Assembly: GCF_006345805.1 (NCBI RefSeq)
Contig: NW_021833289.1
Span: 1-64,000, forward strand
Source of the DNA: Octopus sinensis
Taxonomy: Eukaryota
Length of the DNA: 64,000 nt
Direction of reading: 5' to 3'
Below are positions 37,333 to 50,331 of this stretch, in pieces (the first letter of the stretch is position 1; every line of letters starts with the position of its first letter). Below the pieces are notes generated by a model, which had not been told where the DNA came from, made no database searches, and was given only the letters and a program-made list of their open reading frames with translations. Position numbers and translations under genes: made by a program.

Positions 37333-38184
37333 TTTAGAGATAGAAGTCCCCATGCAATTCATCAAATCCTGATATACATCACACCATCTAATAGAATTTT
37401 ATTTTAATACTTACTAATCATTTCTAAATTTCTCTGCGACACGTGTTTCATGAGGTGCGTTCAACGTTCTTTATATACGCAGTCTTTTACAGGAACATTT
37501 CTTAAATGCAACCCCAATATATATATTATTTATATTATTATTTTATATATATATACACACCGGCTTCTGTGCCGGTGGCATGTAAAAAGCACCCACTACA
37601 CTCGCGGAGTAGTTGGCATTAGGAAGGGCATCCAGCTGTAGAAACTCTGCCAGATCAGACTGGAGCCTGGTGCAGCCTCCTGGCTTCCCAGACCCTGGTC
37701 GAACTGTCCAACCCATGCCAGCATGGAAAACGGACGTTAAACGATGATGATGATGATGATGATGATGATATATATACACAAGAGTTAAGGAAGGGAGAAG
37801 ATAAGGGAAATTTAAAAGTCATTGACTAAGTCACATTTGAATGAGGATAAAAACTTAGCTGTTGATTCATGAACACCAAACGAGCAAAAGGAATGATATC
37901 AGGGGAAACTATTTCTTAAATATAAAACCAGACACTGTGCACTGAAGTGGCAAAATGCTTAGCAGCATATTGTCTGTCGTCACGTTCTGAGTTCAAATTC
38001 TGCCAGTGTTGACTCTGCCTTTCACCTTTCTGAGGTTGATAAATTCTGGCAGTGTTGACTTTGCCTTCCACCTTTATGAGGTTGATAAATTAAGTACCAG
38101 TTTCACACGGGGGTCGATGTAATCAACTAGCACTCCTCCCCCACCCAGAGTTTCGGGCCTTGCGCCTATAGTAGAAAATATTGA

Positions 38185-38212
<28 letters not shown>

Positions 38213-38215
<3 letters not shown>

Positions 38216-38769
38216 GAGTGAGAGAGCAGTGCATGCCATCAAAGTGACACTGGGGTAAAATATACGAAGCCCAGTATACCCATCATGACTCCCCGTCTGA
38301 TAAGGGTACACTAGGCACATGCATCACAACCATATGTGAGCGACATGGTGATCTCATATCAAAATAAACAGCACATGACCTTGCAGGTGGGGCCCAGTTA
38401 GAATTTTCTTCTGGTTGAGTAACCCATCCCACTCGAAAGGTCCCTGAATAAGGGTTGTTTAAGGATGTTGAACGAAACACCCATGTTTCCAGAGGTGAAT
38501 TATCCAAACCCCAAAGAATCCCTCTCAACACATGACTATGATGCTCCCCCACTACTTCTGCTCGTGATCAGAGATGCACATATCGTCAGCCACTAAGGGA
38601 CATGCTCAACTGGTTAAAGTCAAACAACTGACAAGCAAATCTGTGGTATTGAGCAGAATATTTGCTGTAGCCCATCTTTTATACCAAGACAAAACAATGT
38701 ACATGATAACACTTCCAATCAGTTAAGATCAGAAGCCATGAGAGCCACTGCCTGGTACTGCATCAGGGC

Positions 38770-38772
<3 letters not shown>
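38213..38772 (-). mobile_element. ~560-bp unclassified element inserted in (TAA)n
   Basis: Complex sequence bounded on both sides by (TTA)n arrays, suggesting (TAA)n-targeted retrotransposition (Dong-like partner is an inference). Confidence 0.55.
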
Positions 38773-38841
<69 letters not shown>

Positions 38842-39082
38842 ATTAATACACAAGTACATTTTCGAAAATTACTATTTTTAAATTTCACAATGAGAGATAT
38901 TCAGCAACAGTACCTTGGAGTAAAGATTGTTTGCCAACATAACCTGGCGGTCCTGGTTTAGGACAAATGTTGCAGTAATTTAGCACCAGGAGACATCGTA
39001 TCCAGCTGGCTATACGACACGATCTGTGTCCTTATATTTTCGAACAAGGGCATCTAGTACCCCCACTCAGCTCAAAACAATG

Positions 39083-39127
39083 TCTGTGTATCATGATTTC
39101 TGGGTTATTTCCCTTCACCAGCACAGA
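39083..39127 (-). ncRNA. Minimal type-I hammerhead ribozyme (A6G variant)
   Basis: UCUGUG-CUGGUGA-AGGG AAAUAA CCCA-GAAA-UCAUGA-UA|CACAGA: perfect 6-bp helix I, palindromic AUCAUGAU helix III, AUA site; downstream ataaggacacag motif shared with the 3015/26225/61420 family. Confidence 0.7.
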
Positions 39128-40119
39128 ATAATTGTTCGACTAGAGGTGGGGCTGCCAAATTCCCATTCGAAATATGTAGTTTTTTAAGTGACAACTAGTC
39201 ACTGATTTATAAATTAGAAAATTACTATTTTTAAAATCTCTTCTTTGGCAATGTCCTGCTATTTATATTATGACTTCTCTACCTCAAGGCTAAGCCTTGG
39301 CACTTGCCACCATCTGTATCTCTCTCTCTCCTCCTTTACTCAACCATCCCATTTATATTCTGATAGCTGTCGCTTGGGAGTAAGCCTGGCACTTTGCCAC
39401 CATCTCCCTCCTGTGCTTTCTTGCACTCTTACTGCCTCCTACTCTCTCTCTCTCTCTCTCTCTCTCACTTGACCATCCCATTTATATTCTGATCCCTGTC
39501 CCATGTGAGTATGTCCAGCATTTTGCTACCATCTCTCTCTTACACGCCTGCTGTCTCCCACTCTCTCTCACTCTCCTTCTCCTGCTCTTCCCTCAGGCTG
39601 CGTAACCCTGCATCACCTTTACAGCAGCAAACCCATTTTCTGCCATCATTCTTGATCACTCTTTCTCTCTCTCTCTCTCTCTGACCAGGTAACCATGCAC
39701 CTCTTCTACAGCAAGGCACCTGTTTCTGCCTCTCTGTCTCACCCTAACCTTTCAGCATCCGACACAAGATCCCCTCCTCCAATGCTCCTTCCCCTCTCAA
39801 AGGATCTTTGTCTTGCAAACCTGCCAATGCTGCTGCCATGTAAAACCCAACCAGTCCACACTCTAAAGCGGTTGGCATTTGGAAGGGCATCCAGCTGTAA
39901 GAAACCATACCAAAACTGACCTCGCCCGTGCTTGTGTCATGTAAAAAGCAACCAGTCCACTCTGCTGGGTGGCTGGTGTTAGGAAGGGTATCCAGCCGTA
40001 AAAACCCAGCCAAAACAAACACAGAAGTCGGGTGCAGGCTCCTGCTTGTTGGCACCTGCCAAACCATCCAACCCATGTGAACATGGTAGGTGGATGTTAA
40101 ATGAGGAAGACGACGACAA

Positions 40120-41000
40120 TGACCATCATCATCGTCATCATTTAACGTCTGCTTTCCATGCTGGCATGGGTTGGATGGTTGACTGAGGTCTGGCAAGTCA
40201 GGAGGCTGCACCAGGCTTCAATCTAATCTGGCAAAGTTTCTACAACTGGATGCCCTTCCTAACACCAACCATTCCGAGAGTGCAGTGGGTGCTCTTTATG
40301 TGCCACTGGCATGAGTGCCAGTCAGGTGGCACTGGCACTGACCATGCTCGAATGATGTTTTTTATGTGCCACCAACACAGGTGCCAGTCAGGCAGCACTG
40401 GCATCGACCATGATCTAATGGTGCCTTTTACATGCCACTAGCACAGGTGCCAGTCAGATGACACTGGCATTGGTCATGCTCGAATGATGTTTTCTACATG
40501 TCATCAGCCCTGGTGCCAGTCGGGCAGCATTGGCACTGACCATGCTTGAATGGTACTTTTTACACGCCACCCCACCGGCATGGGTACCAGTCAGGCGGAA
40601 CTGGCATCCAACATGCTCCAATGCTGCCTTTTAAATGCCACCAGCATGGGGGGGGGGGTCAGTCAAGCGGTCATGGCATTGGTCACACTTGAATGGTGGT
40701 TTCTACATACCTATTTCTTTATCACCCACAAGGGGCTAAACACAGAGGGGGCAAACAAGGACAGACAAAGGGATTAAGTCGATTACATCGACCCCAGTGC
40801 GTAACTGGTACTTAATTTATCGACCCCGAAAGGATGAAAGACAAAGTCGACCTCGGCGGAATTTGAACTCAGAACGTAACGGCAGACAGATTATGGCTAC
40901 GCATTTCGCCACCACCAGCACAGGTGCCAGTCAGGCGACACTGGCATCGGTCACACTCGAATGATACCTTTTACATGCCACCGGTACGCATGTCAGCCAG
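40120..41000 (-). mobile_element. RTE-type tail element with expanded ~60-bp minisatellite and nested SINE B (40715-40910)
   Basis: About eight gccagtcagg..cactggcat...gaatgg/gaatga..tttt units; the SINE B reverse complement interrupts the array. Confidence 0.8.
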
Positions 41001-41059
41001 ATGATAGTAGAAAATTGCACAAAAAGCAGAAGACGGAGCCAGGTGAGGCAACAACGAAC

Positions 41060-41390
41060 AGGATGTATTAGTTTGACATTCATCCAACCAAAATGCAAAT
41101 ATATGGGAAACTACCACCTGTGTCATCTCTTGTGAAAGGTAGGAGAGTCCAGTTTGCTGGACATTGTTGTAGAGCTGAAAAAGAGGTAATTTCTACTCTT
41201 CTCCTCTGGAAGCCATCTACTCGCAATACCAGAGGGCACAAACTCTCGTACCCTGATGTAATCTCCAGAGATACAGGCATCCAGCAACAGAACCTCCGTA
41301 ATGCCATGATGGACCGTGAAGTCTGGCGTAGCATGGTAAATTCCATTGTCTCGACCACGGTCGAACAATGATGATGATGATTGACATTCA
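41060..41390 (+). mobile_element. RTE-type LINE 3' end (RT C-terminal region)
   Basis: QIYGKLPPVSSLVKGRRVQFAGHCCRAEKEVISTLLLWKPSTRNTRGHKLSYPDVISRDTGIQQQNLRNAMMDREVWRSMV followed by (GAT)n; FAGHC and DR..WR motifs are typical of RTE/RTEX ends. Confidence 0.85.
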
Positions 41391-41876
41391 GCAAAACTGG
41401 AAGAGTCGTGTGTGTGTGTGTTGACACAGATCTACATTATACAGCAGTCTGTTAATGGGTGATGCTCCATACAACATCCCAGCCAGTCCTCAGTCAACCT
41501 TCCTGACTCTCCACACCCTTTCCGTATTATTCAATAAGTTCTTCTCATTGGACAATAAGTTCTCAGCTTACATCCATTCATTCCAATTACAATCACATGA
41601 AATCCATATGACAAGATGGACATACACAGAGATATAATTAATTGTATGTTACCATAGCAACATGCCTTTAATTAGGATGATGGTTTGCGTAAATAATTTC
41701 ATTAATTAACAATGACAGTTTTGTAATATCCGTCAAATGTGGTATCTGAAGTAATAATGAAACGATTATTGTGGATGTGTGGATATGTGGATGTATGAGT
41801 TACTTATGTCCTTTCGATTGAGAAGTTACGTTTGCAACCAACAGATCCTGAGTTCAATCCCCCTGCATGTTATATA

Positions 41877-42013
41877 AGGTTGTCCCAAAAGTTTGTAGAA
41901 AGTCTTGGAAAATAATGGTCTTTATTTTGAGGAATAATTTTTGTTGTTTTTGTTAGTACTTGGCGAGTAAAAATTCAATTTTCGCAAGTGTTTACGAACT
42001 TTTGGGACAACCT
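41877..42013. mobile_element. Tc1/mariner-type MITE
   Basis: TIRs aggttgtcccaaaagtt / aacttttgggacaacct in TA-rich flanks. Confidence 0.75.
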
Positions 42014-42144
42014 AATATTTTATCTTTTATCTATGTGTGCGAGTCATTGTGTCTGTGTTTGTCCCCCACCACTCCTTCAAAACTGGTGTTGGTTTGCTTA
42101 CATCCCTGTCATTTGATACTTCAGCAAAAGAAACAGAGAGACTA

Positions 42145-42600
42145 AATCATCATCATCATCGTTTAAAGTCCGTTTTCCATGCTGGTATGGGTTGGACGGT
42201 TTGACCGAGGGCTGGCAAGCCAGAAGGCTACTACACCAGGCTCCAATCTGATCTGGTAAAGTTTCTACAGCTGGATGCCCTTCCTAACGCCAACCACTCC
42301 GAGAGTGTAGTGGGTGCTTTTTAAGTGCCACCAGCATAGGGGCCAGTCAGGCAACACCGGCATCGACCACCTCAAATGATGCTTTTTACGTGCCATCAGC
42401 ATGAGGGCCAGGCAGGTAGTACTGGCATCAACCATGCTCAAATGGTGCTTTTTACGTGCCACCAGCATAGGGGCCAGTCAGGCAGCACCAGTATCAACCA
42501 CGCTCAAATGGTGCCTTTTACGTGCCACCAGCATAGGGGCCAGTCAGGCAGCACCAGCATCAGCCACGCTTGAATGGTGCTTTTTACGTGCCACTGGTCC
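42145..42600 (-). mobile_element. RTE-type tail element with four to five ~60-bp repeats
   Basis: (CAT)n, conserved tail, then gccagtcaggcagcacc...caaatggtgctttttacgtgcc units. Confidence 0.8.
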
Positions 42601-43204
42601 AGGCTTTACAAAACAATAAGTTCTGGAGTTGATTTATTCAACTAAAAATTCTTCAAGGCAGTGCCCCAGCATGACCACAGTCTAAGGACTGAAACAAATA
42701 AAAGAGAAAAGAATTGTGAAAGCCTGCCATATGGAAACTGTAAGGAAGCCCATCAAATTGTTTCTGTCCATGAGGGTACTTTTGATACGCTTAACATCCC
42801 CAAGTAGACCTTCAGCTGTCTTTAAAAGGGTTCACTCTGTTGCAAGTGTTGGGTCCAGGTCTCTGGTTCTAATAATAACTCCCTCCACTTCTGCTGCACA
42901 GGTCATCATGGACCCTAAAAAGGGTCATAGCCCTGACCTTCATCTTCTGAGTAAATCATGTGTAAAAATTAAAATGAAAACAAGGAAAAAGACCCAGGTC
43001 AGCCCTCTATGATGTCAGGTGTTCCAGCCATGACCATCCCCTACTATCTTAAGAGATTGTATATGGGACTGCAATATCAAAGCAGTAACATGTCCTTGCT
43101 TCTTTTCAATATAGTACAATGTAATTAAGGGGGAAATTTGGTTGCTATTTCTAGCAAGCCTCTTTGGCTCACTTGTGATTGGCTGGTTGATACAATGACT
43201 CTAC

Positions 43205-43244
43205 TGTTACCACCACCACCACCACCACCACCACCACAATAACG

Positions 43245-43312
<68 letters not shown>

Positions 43313-43447
43313 ACCCACCACTACTGCTGCCATCATCATTGTAATCATTAGCACCACCACCACCACTTTGACACTACTATCACCACTACCATGAACATAG
43401 TTTCTTACCACTAGTCACAACCCATTCTCCACCACCACCACCACCAT

Positions 43448-43498
<51 letters not shown>

Positions 43499-43520
43499 CG
43501 CTACCACCATTACTACTTTC
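43205..43520. repeat. (CAC)n/(CTA)n microsatellites
   Basis: Direct read. Confidence 0.95.
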
Positions 43521-43842
43521 CCTACTATATAACTAACGACATTGAACTGTTGCTTCAGTCCAAACTAAAACTGCACTAAACAAGTAATTATCAAGGTTTT
43601 AATTAGTTTGGGTAATTAGATTAGAGAGAGGGCAAGACGAAGAGAAGGGGGGGAAGACAGAGAGAGAGGGGGGTGGGGACACAGACAAGGAATTCAGGCT
43701 TCACTTGCTGCATAACATTATACACACACAAACACACACACAGAGACAGACAGACAGATAGATAGATAGATAGATAGATAGATACATACATACATACACA
43801 CACACATATATATAGAGATATAAAGATAGATTGATAGATAGA

Positions 43843-43874
<32 letters not shown>

Positions 43875-43975
43875 TAGATATATACATACACACACACATA
43901 TAGATATAAAGATAGATAGATAGATATATACATACACACATATAGATATAAAGATAGATAGATAGATATATACAT

Positions 43976-44006
<31 letters not shown>

Positions 44007-44061
44007 GATAGATAAATTGATCAAAATAAAAATAAAAATAAAAACATGAGGCGAAGGATTC

Positions 44062-44141
44062 AGCGGTACATATGTTTCGGGCCTTTATTAGACAGATACA
44101 TAACAAATCATAATGTATGTCTGTGGCCTTCTTCAGCCGCT
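44062..44141 (-). ncRNA. Type-I hammerhead ribozyme, intact core (left arm, mirror copy)
   Basis: Reverse complement of 44402-44481. Confidence 0.75.
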
Positions 44142-44401
44142 CACAACAGCTTCCACAAGGACATGTGTTAGTTCCGAAATTCTTGGCTGGGGATGCAAAT
44201 CTTCTCGTTCCCGTACGACAAAATGCGGCAGCAGCATCGAATTGAATCGTCCATCTCCTTCTTCTCTCAATGTAGAGAGAAGAAGGAGATGGACGATTCA
44301 ATTCGATGCTGCTGCCGCATTTTGTCGTACGGGAACGAGAAGATTTGCATCCCCAGCCAAGAATTTCGGAACTAACACATGTCCTTGTGGAAGCTGTTGT
44401 G

Positions 44402-44481
44402 AGCGGCTGAAGAAGGCCACAGACATACATTATGATTTGTTATGTATCTGTCTAATAAAGGCCCGAAACATATGTACCGCT
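44402..44481 (+). ncRNA. Type-I hammerhead ribozyme, intact core (right arm)
   Basis: AGCGG-CUGAAGA-AGGCC(long extended helix II)GGCCC-GAAA-CAUAUG-UA|CCGCU: 5-bp helix I, palindromic ACAUAUGU helix III, GUA site after 44476. Confidence 0.75.
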
Positions 44482-44616
44482 GAATCCTTCGCCTCATGTT
44501 TTTATTTTTATTTTTATTTTGATCAATTTACTCCACCACCTACACCACCTAACGGTATACACAGGTGCTTATAATTATCAAGTACTCACCCCGAATTTCT
44601 ACACTCAACTCACTAT

Positions 44617-44653
<37 letters not shown>

Positions 44654-45679
44654 CAGACAGATATACACATACACAAAAACACACACACATATATATACGC
44701 CACTACCATCACCACCACCATCATCATCATCATCATCATTGTCTGAGACTACTTATTCCAACCACAACTGTCAGTATTATTATAAACACTGCTATTGATG
44801 TCTAAATTACTTTCTCCTCCGCACACAAACGTGACTGTACAGAATCTAATAACAAACTAACTGCTCTCAGAGGCACTCTCATGCTACTTCATAAACAAAC
44901 TGTATTTGTGCATGTCTCTCTGGAACTGAGGTTGTTTAGCCCTAGGTGAGCCCCTTACAGACTTGATCTGTAGATAAAGGTGTTCCAGTCACGACCAATG
45001 GAGCTCTGGGCCCCATTACAGAATACCCAAAGAGAATAATGAAAGTAACATAGATTCAGTAATTGTATTTCAGCAGTGAAATATTCATATAGTTCCCGTT
45101 CACTAATAAATGCTTGAAAAGATAAGAAGTTTGCTTCAGAGTTATAAGATCCTGGATTTCATTCTACTGCATGATATCTTCAAAGACTTGGGTAGACCCC
45201 AGGCTTTTTCACTGAATTTGCATAGATGGAAACTGTACTGAAGTCCTTGGATGGATTGTATCTGAAATTCAAAGACCTGGCCTTCTCATATATGCTGAAT
45301 CAGCTTGATGTCTATGGAATACTCAGCCAATTGTTAATTCAATAAATAGATATACTTCTTTATTACAGCCAAGGGTTTATATAAGTGTATATGTACATGT
45401 GTTTATATGTTTATGTGTATGCACATATATACATAACCACACACACACACACGCACACGCGCACACACACACACGCGCATACACGCATACACACACACAT
45501 ATATATATTATATTTTATATTAAATTTTTTTTTTTGAGCTTTACAACTCGTAATCAATTTATTTGTACTGTTACGTTTTTTTAACAGAAATTTCCAACAT
45601 TTTTTAACATACTAATAAATTATTCATACATCCATTTTTTATATCTCCATTTTCTTTTATTCAATATTGATAATATATA

Positions 45680-46060
45680 TTAAGGTGGCAAGCTGGCAGA
45701 AACGTTAAAACGCTGGGTGAAATGCTTAGCGGTATTTCGTCTGTCTTTACGTGAAGGCGGCGAGCTGGCAGAAACATTAGCATGCCGGTGAAATGCTTAG
45801 AGGTATTTCGTCTGCCGTTACGCTCTGAGTTCAAATTCCGTTGAGGTCGACTTTGTCTTTCATCCTTTCGGGATCGATTAAATAAGTACCAGTTACGCAC
45901 TGGGGGTCGATATAATCAACTTAATCCGTTTGTTGTCCTTGTTTGTCCTCTCTGTGTTTAGCCCCTTGTGGGTAGTAAAGAAATAGGTATTTCGTCTGCT
46001 GCTACGTTCTGAGTTCAAATTCCACCGAAGTCTCGACTTCATCCTTTCGGGATCGATGAA
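45680..46060 (+). mobile_element. SINE family B with repeated heads
   Basis: ggcaagctggcagaaacgtta head twice, full body, then a partial third copy. Confidence 0.82.
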
Positions 46061-46729
46061 TTAAGTAGCAGTGGTGGTGGTGATGGTGATGGTGATTGTG
46101 GTGGTGATGGTAGTGGTGGTGGCAGTGATGATGGTGGTGATGGCAGGGGTGGTAGTGGTGGTGGCAGTGGAGGTGGTGGTGGTGGGCGTGAAGGGGGGTA
46201 CATGACAGCATCCGCCATTCCACGCAGAAGAACTTATTTTAAGTGAACAGCGTTGGGAATTGTACAAGAGGCCCCTAAATTAAAAGACCATCTGTTGGAA
46301 GTCATTGTTGCAGAGAGATGATGTTAGTTACCATAACAACAAGGGGATAACACTGACATCATTGACATTTCTGATGAGTGGCAGGGGTGGTGGTGGTGGT
46401 GGTAGAACGGGGTGAGGTGATGGGGGCTGGGTATATTTCCTGACCCCGGGATGGGGTTAATCTTGTGGCAGAACTAAATGCTACCCCTGCTCATTCATTG
46501 ACCCAGTTTATCTGAGTTGACCCTAATGAGATTCGAATGCCTTACACCTTCAGTTTGGAATGCTAATTTGGCAAAATAAAATGTTTAAGAAATTATTAAT
46601 TAGTGTCAGTTTGTAATTAATTAATTTTGTAGTCCCCAAGTTTGACTGTAAGGAAAATGGTGTTGAAGAAACACTTGTAGAATATGGGATGGTATTTACC
46701 ACTCATAATGGATACCATTGCTACTTGAA

Positions 46730-47075
46730 TCACACACACACACACACGCACACACACGTACACACACACATGCACACACATACACACACACATATACACA
46801 CACACACACACACATATTTATACACACATATGCACACACACACACACACACACAAGCACATACCCACATACATACACACACATTCGCACACACATGCACA
46901 CACACATACGCACACATATGCACACACACACACACATATGCACACACACACATACACATACACACACATATGCACACACACACACATAGATGCACACACA
47001 TACACATACACACACTTACACACATGCACACACATATGCACATACACACACACACACACACACACGCATACACAT
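46730..47075. repeat. Degenerate (CA)n tract
   Basis: Direct read. Confidence 0.95.
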
Positions 47076-47379
47076 ACAGGCATGGTTGTGTGGTTAAGAG
47101 GTTTGCTTCCTAACCACATGGTTCCAGTTTCAATCCCACTGCATAGCACCTTGAGTGTCTACCCTATAAGCTGCATACTGGGGTCAATCTAATCGACTGA
47201 CCCTGCTCCCCAGAAATTTCGGGCTTGTGCCTAGAGTAGAAAAGAATAGTAAAGAGATGGTGTGAATATAATAAGCTAACACACCCCCATTAAAATTGCT
47301 GGCCTTGTGCCAAAATTAGAAAGAATTGGTGTGGGCAATGCCAAATCAAGTTTTTCTGACAAAAGATGATTCAATGTCA

Positions 47380-47453
47380 GTCTATCTGTCCCGTCTATCT
47401 GTCCATCTGTCTGTCTATCTGTCTGTCTGTCTGTCTATCTCTCTGTCTGTCTA

Positions 47454-47484
<31 letters not shown>

Positions 47485-47722
47485 GTCTGTCTATCTGTCT
47501 GTCTATCTGTCTGTCTGTCTATCTATCTATCTGTCTGTCTGTCTATCTGTCTGCCTATCTGTCTGTCTATCTGTCTGTCTATCTGTCTATCTTTCTATCT
47601 ATCTGTCTATCTGTCTGTCTATCTGTCTGTCTGTCTGTCTGTCTATCTGTCTGTCTATCTGTCTGTCTATCTGTCTGTCTGTCTATCTGTCTATCTATCT
47701 GTCTGTCTATCTGTCCCGTCTA

Positions 47723-47804
<82 letters not shown>

Positions 47805-47820
47805 CTCTCTGTCTCTATCT
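47380..47820. repeat. (CTGT/CTAT)n then (CT)n
   Basis: Direct read. Confidence 0.95.
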
Positions 47821-47961
47821 TGAGGCAGTATTTGGTTTTAGGTACATTATAACCGTGGGGATTGATAAGGAAACCAAAACAATCTTGGGCAGGGGTGGGA
47901 GGATTCAAAAGTAAACTTGTCTGTCCTGAGTTAGCAACCTAAAACCAAGGATTCCCTATCG

Positions 47962-47993
<32 letters not shown>

Positions 47994-48540
47994 CACCTTT
48001 TGACACATCTCCCTATCACCACCATCTTTCTTTATCTCCCAACTTTCTTCAACACTTAAGTTGTATAACCTGCAACGAATATTGAATTCTTAATGAACAC
48101 ATCTTCTTGAGATTACTGCAGCAGCAGCAGCAGCAGCAGTGGTGGTGGTCAGATTGGGAGCACCAAGTTGTTGATAGTACTGTTGTTGTTGTTGCTGCTC
48201 TCTAACAACATGCATTTTTTTTCAGAGATATATTTTTTTTTAAAAAGCGGGGGGTGGGGGTGGGTGGCTTTGCAATCTCTAGAGGGGGGGAGGTCAAGAA
48301 AGGTTAACTTTCAACTCCTGTCAAAAGAAGATAATATTCTCTTGTGTTCTTCTTCTTCGCGGCTGTCAGTCTGTGTTCCCAGCATGCATTGCAGCGTACT
48401 TGATGTTTAGAAGAATCGGAGAATATCAAAAGTCAAACATCCACAGTCATCATCATTCAAAGCAGTCTTCCTGACACACAAGGAAAGAATAAAAAAAAAA
48501 AATAACCAATCACCACCACCACCAACAACAACAACAGCAA

Positions 48541-48945
48541 TGGAGGCGCAATGGCCCAGTAGTTAGGGCAGCAGACTCGCGGTCGGAGGATCGCGGTTTC
48601 GATTCCCAGACTGGGCGTTGTTTGTGTTTATTGAGCGAAAACACCTACAAGCTCCATGAGGCTCCAGCAGGGAGTGGTGGCGACCCCTGTTGTACTTTTT
48701 TTGCCCCCAACTTTCTCTCACTCTTTCTTCCTGTTTCCTGTCCCCCGACTTCCTACGCAACCGCTGAGCCTTGATGCGCATTCATCCATCTGTTGATGCT
48801 CTAGGTGTCGAGGGGGTTGACCTGCTCTCTCTTCTGTGAGTCTTACGAATAGCAAAGGACCACATTTCGGACTTCTACAGACAATCCTGAGGCATGATCT
48901 TGCGAGCTCTGGGACGAAGACCGCTTCGCTCAACAAACAAACAGC
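48541..48945 (+). mobile_element. SINE family C head with alternative 3' tail ending in (AAC)n
   Basis: tRNA-like head identical in layout to 24068; body diverges after ctctttcttcctg. Confidence 0.75.
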
Positions 48946-49422
48946 AACTAGGCTTACAAAGAATAAGTCCTGGGGTTGATTTGTTCGACTAAAGGCGGTG
49001 CTCCAGCAAATCCACTCTCAAGGCTTTGGTCAGCCTGGGGTTATAGTAAAAGGCGCATACTCAAGGTACCATGCAGTGGAATTGAACCCAAAACTACGAG
49101 GTTGGAAGCATACGGTTTTCACAGAGCCATACCACCTGCTCTGATTTGTCTGTAACAACATCTGTCTCCATGTTTCATGTTATCCCAACTACCTCCATGT
49201 TTATCATCTTAACCCATACATGCCCCCCACCGCCGTTGTATAATTAGCTGCCCTAATGCAGGCGTGGCTGCATGGTAACAAGTTTACTTCCCAGCCACAT
49301 GGTTCTGGGTTCAGTCCCACAGAGTGGCACCTTGGTCAAATGTCTTCTATTATAGTCTCGAGTCAACCAAAACCTTGTTGAGTGGAATTGGTAGATGGAA
49401 ACTGAAAGAAGCCCGTCATAAA

Positions 49423-49455
<33 letters not shown>

Positions 49456-49928
49456 ATGTGTGCACATGTGTGGTCAGGGAATTCGGATCCCAATTGTACA
49501 GTTGTGAGTTTGAACCCTGGCAACACACACTGTCCTTGAGCAAGACTCTTTATTTCATGTTGCTCCAGTGCATTCACCTGGCAAAAATGTGTTGTACCTG
49601 TATTTGAAAGAGCCAGCCTTGTCACATTCTGTCATGCTGAAACTTCCTTCGAATATTACTACGTATGTCTGTGGAGTACTCAGCCACTTGCATGTTAATT
49701 TCATGAGCAGGCTGTTTGTTCTGTTGATCGAACCAACTGGAACACACATTGTCATAACTGACAGAGCATCAGCTTTACTCATGAGTGATGGTTAATCTTT
49801 TATAGAACCAACTGGAAACCAAACCAGTTATTCCAACTGGTTAGTAAATCTAGAAAAGACATCAGCACAAAATGGCTACTGTTACTGAAAATAGCAGCTG
49901 ACATATCTAACGACCAAAGACAACATAA

Positions 49929-50331
49929 TCTTTATATATAAAAGTGAGGTTGTGTGCTGTCTGTCTCCTACGATTTAGATTCCTAACTACTCCCACATTT
50001 TGTGGTGCAGTTTAACCAAAACCGGGTATCTTATAGTCGTGATTCATATCGAGCCCTTCTGGGTATTAGCGTGCGTCTACGATGAGTCTATGATTTAAAA
50101 AATAATTTACCATCATTTTTTTCGATTTTAATGCATTTTTTCGCTATTATATAAGGGAAGTAACTCTCTAAAAATGTCTACGATGAGTCAACGATTTAAA
50201 AAAAAATTTAACATAATTTTTTTTTCCATTTTTAATGCATTTTTTTTGCTATTTTTTGGCTATAACTCTCTAAAAATGCTTATATAGTTATTTCCCATAC
50301 AAACCCGAGCAACGCTGGGCGATACTGCTAG
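49929..50331 (+). mobile_element. Non-autonomous Helitron
   Basis: A|TCtttatatataaaa...cccgagcaacgctgggcgatactgCTAG|T: 5'-TC, subterminal hairpin, 3'-CTAG, A/T target. Confidence 0.9.

Larger units (their letters stand above)
44013..44530. repeat. Apparently perfect palindrome: 256-bp arms, 6-nt centre (aatgta, 44269-44274)
   Basis: Arms read as exact reverse complements; plus and minus ORF translations are identical apart from the centre. Confidence 0.97.

Noticed and set aside
40255-41000. CRISPR-like regularly spaced palindromic repeats
   Set aside because: The units are degenerate tandem repeats with related, not unique, spacers inside an animal retro-element; no cas genes.
42720-42910. 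Minus-strand frame CAAEVEGVIIRTRDLDPTLATE*TLLKTAEGLLGDVKRIKST
   Set aside because: In-frame TGA with no SECIS seen and no family recognised; possibly a decayed TE ORF.
44113-44574. 153-aa ORF and its 269-aa mirror on the minus strand
   Set aside because: The identical translations are a by-product of the palindrome; no recognisable domain or splice context.
48541-48615. tRNA gene
   Set aside because: It has A/B boxes but no acceptor-stem closure, and continues into a multi-copy SINE body.
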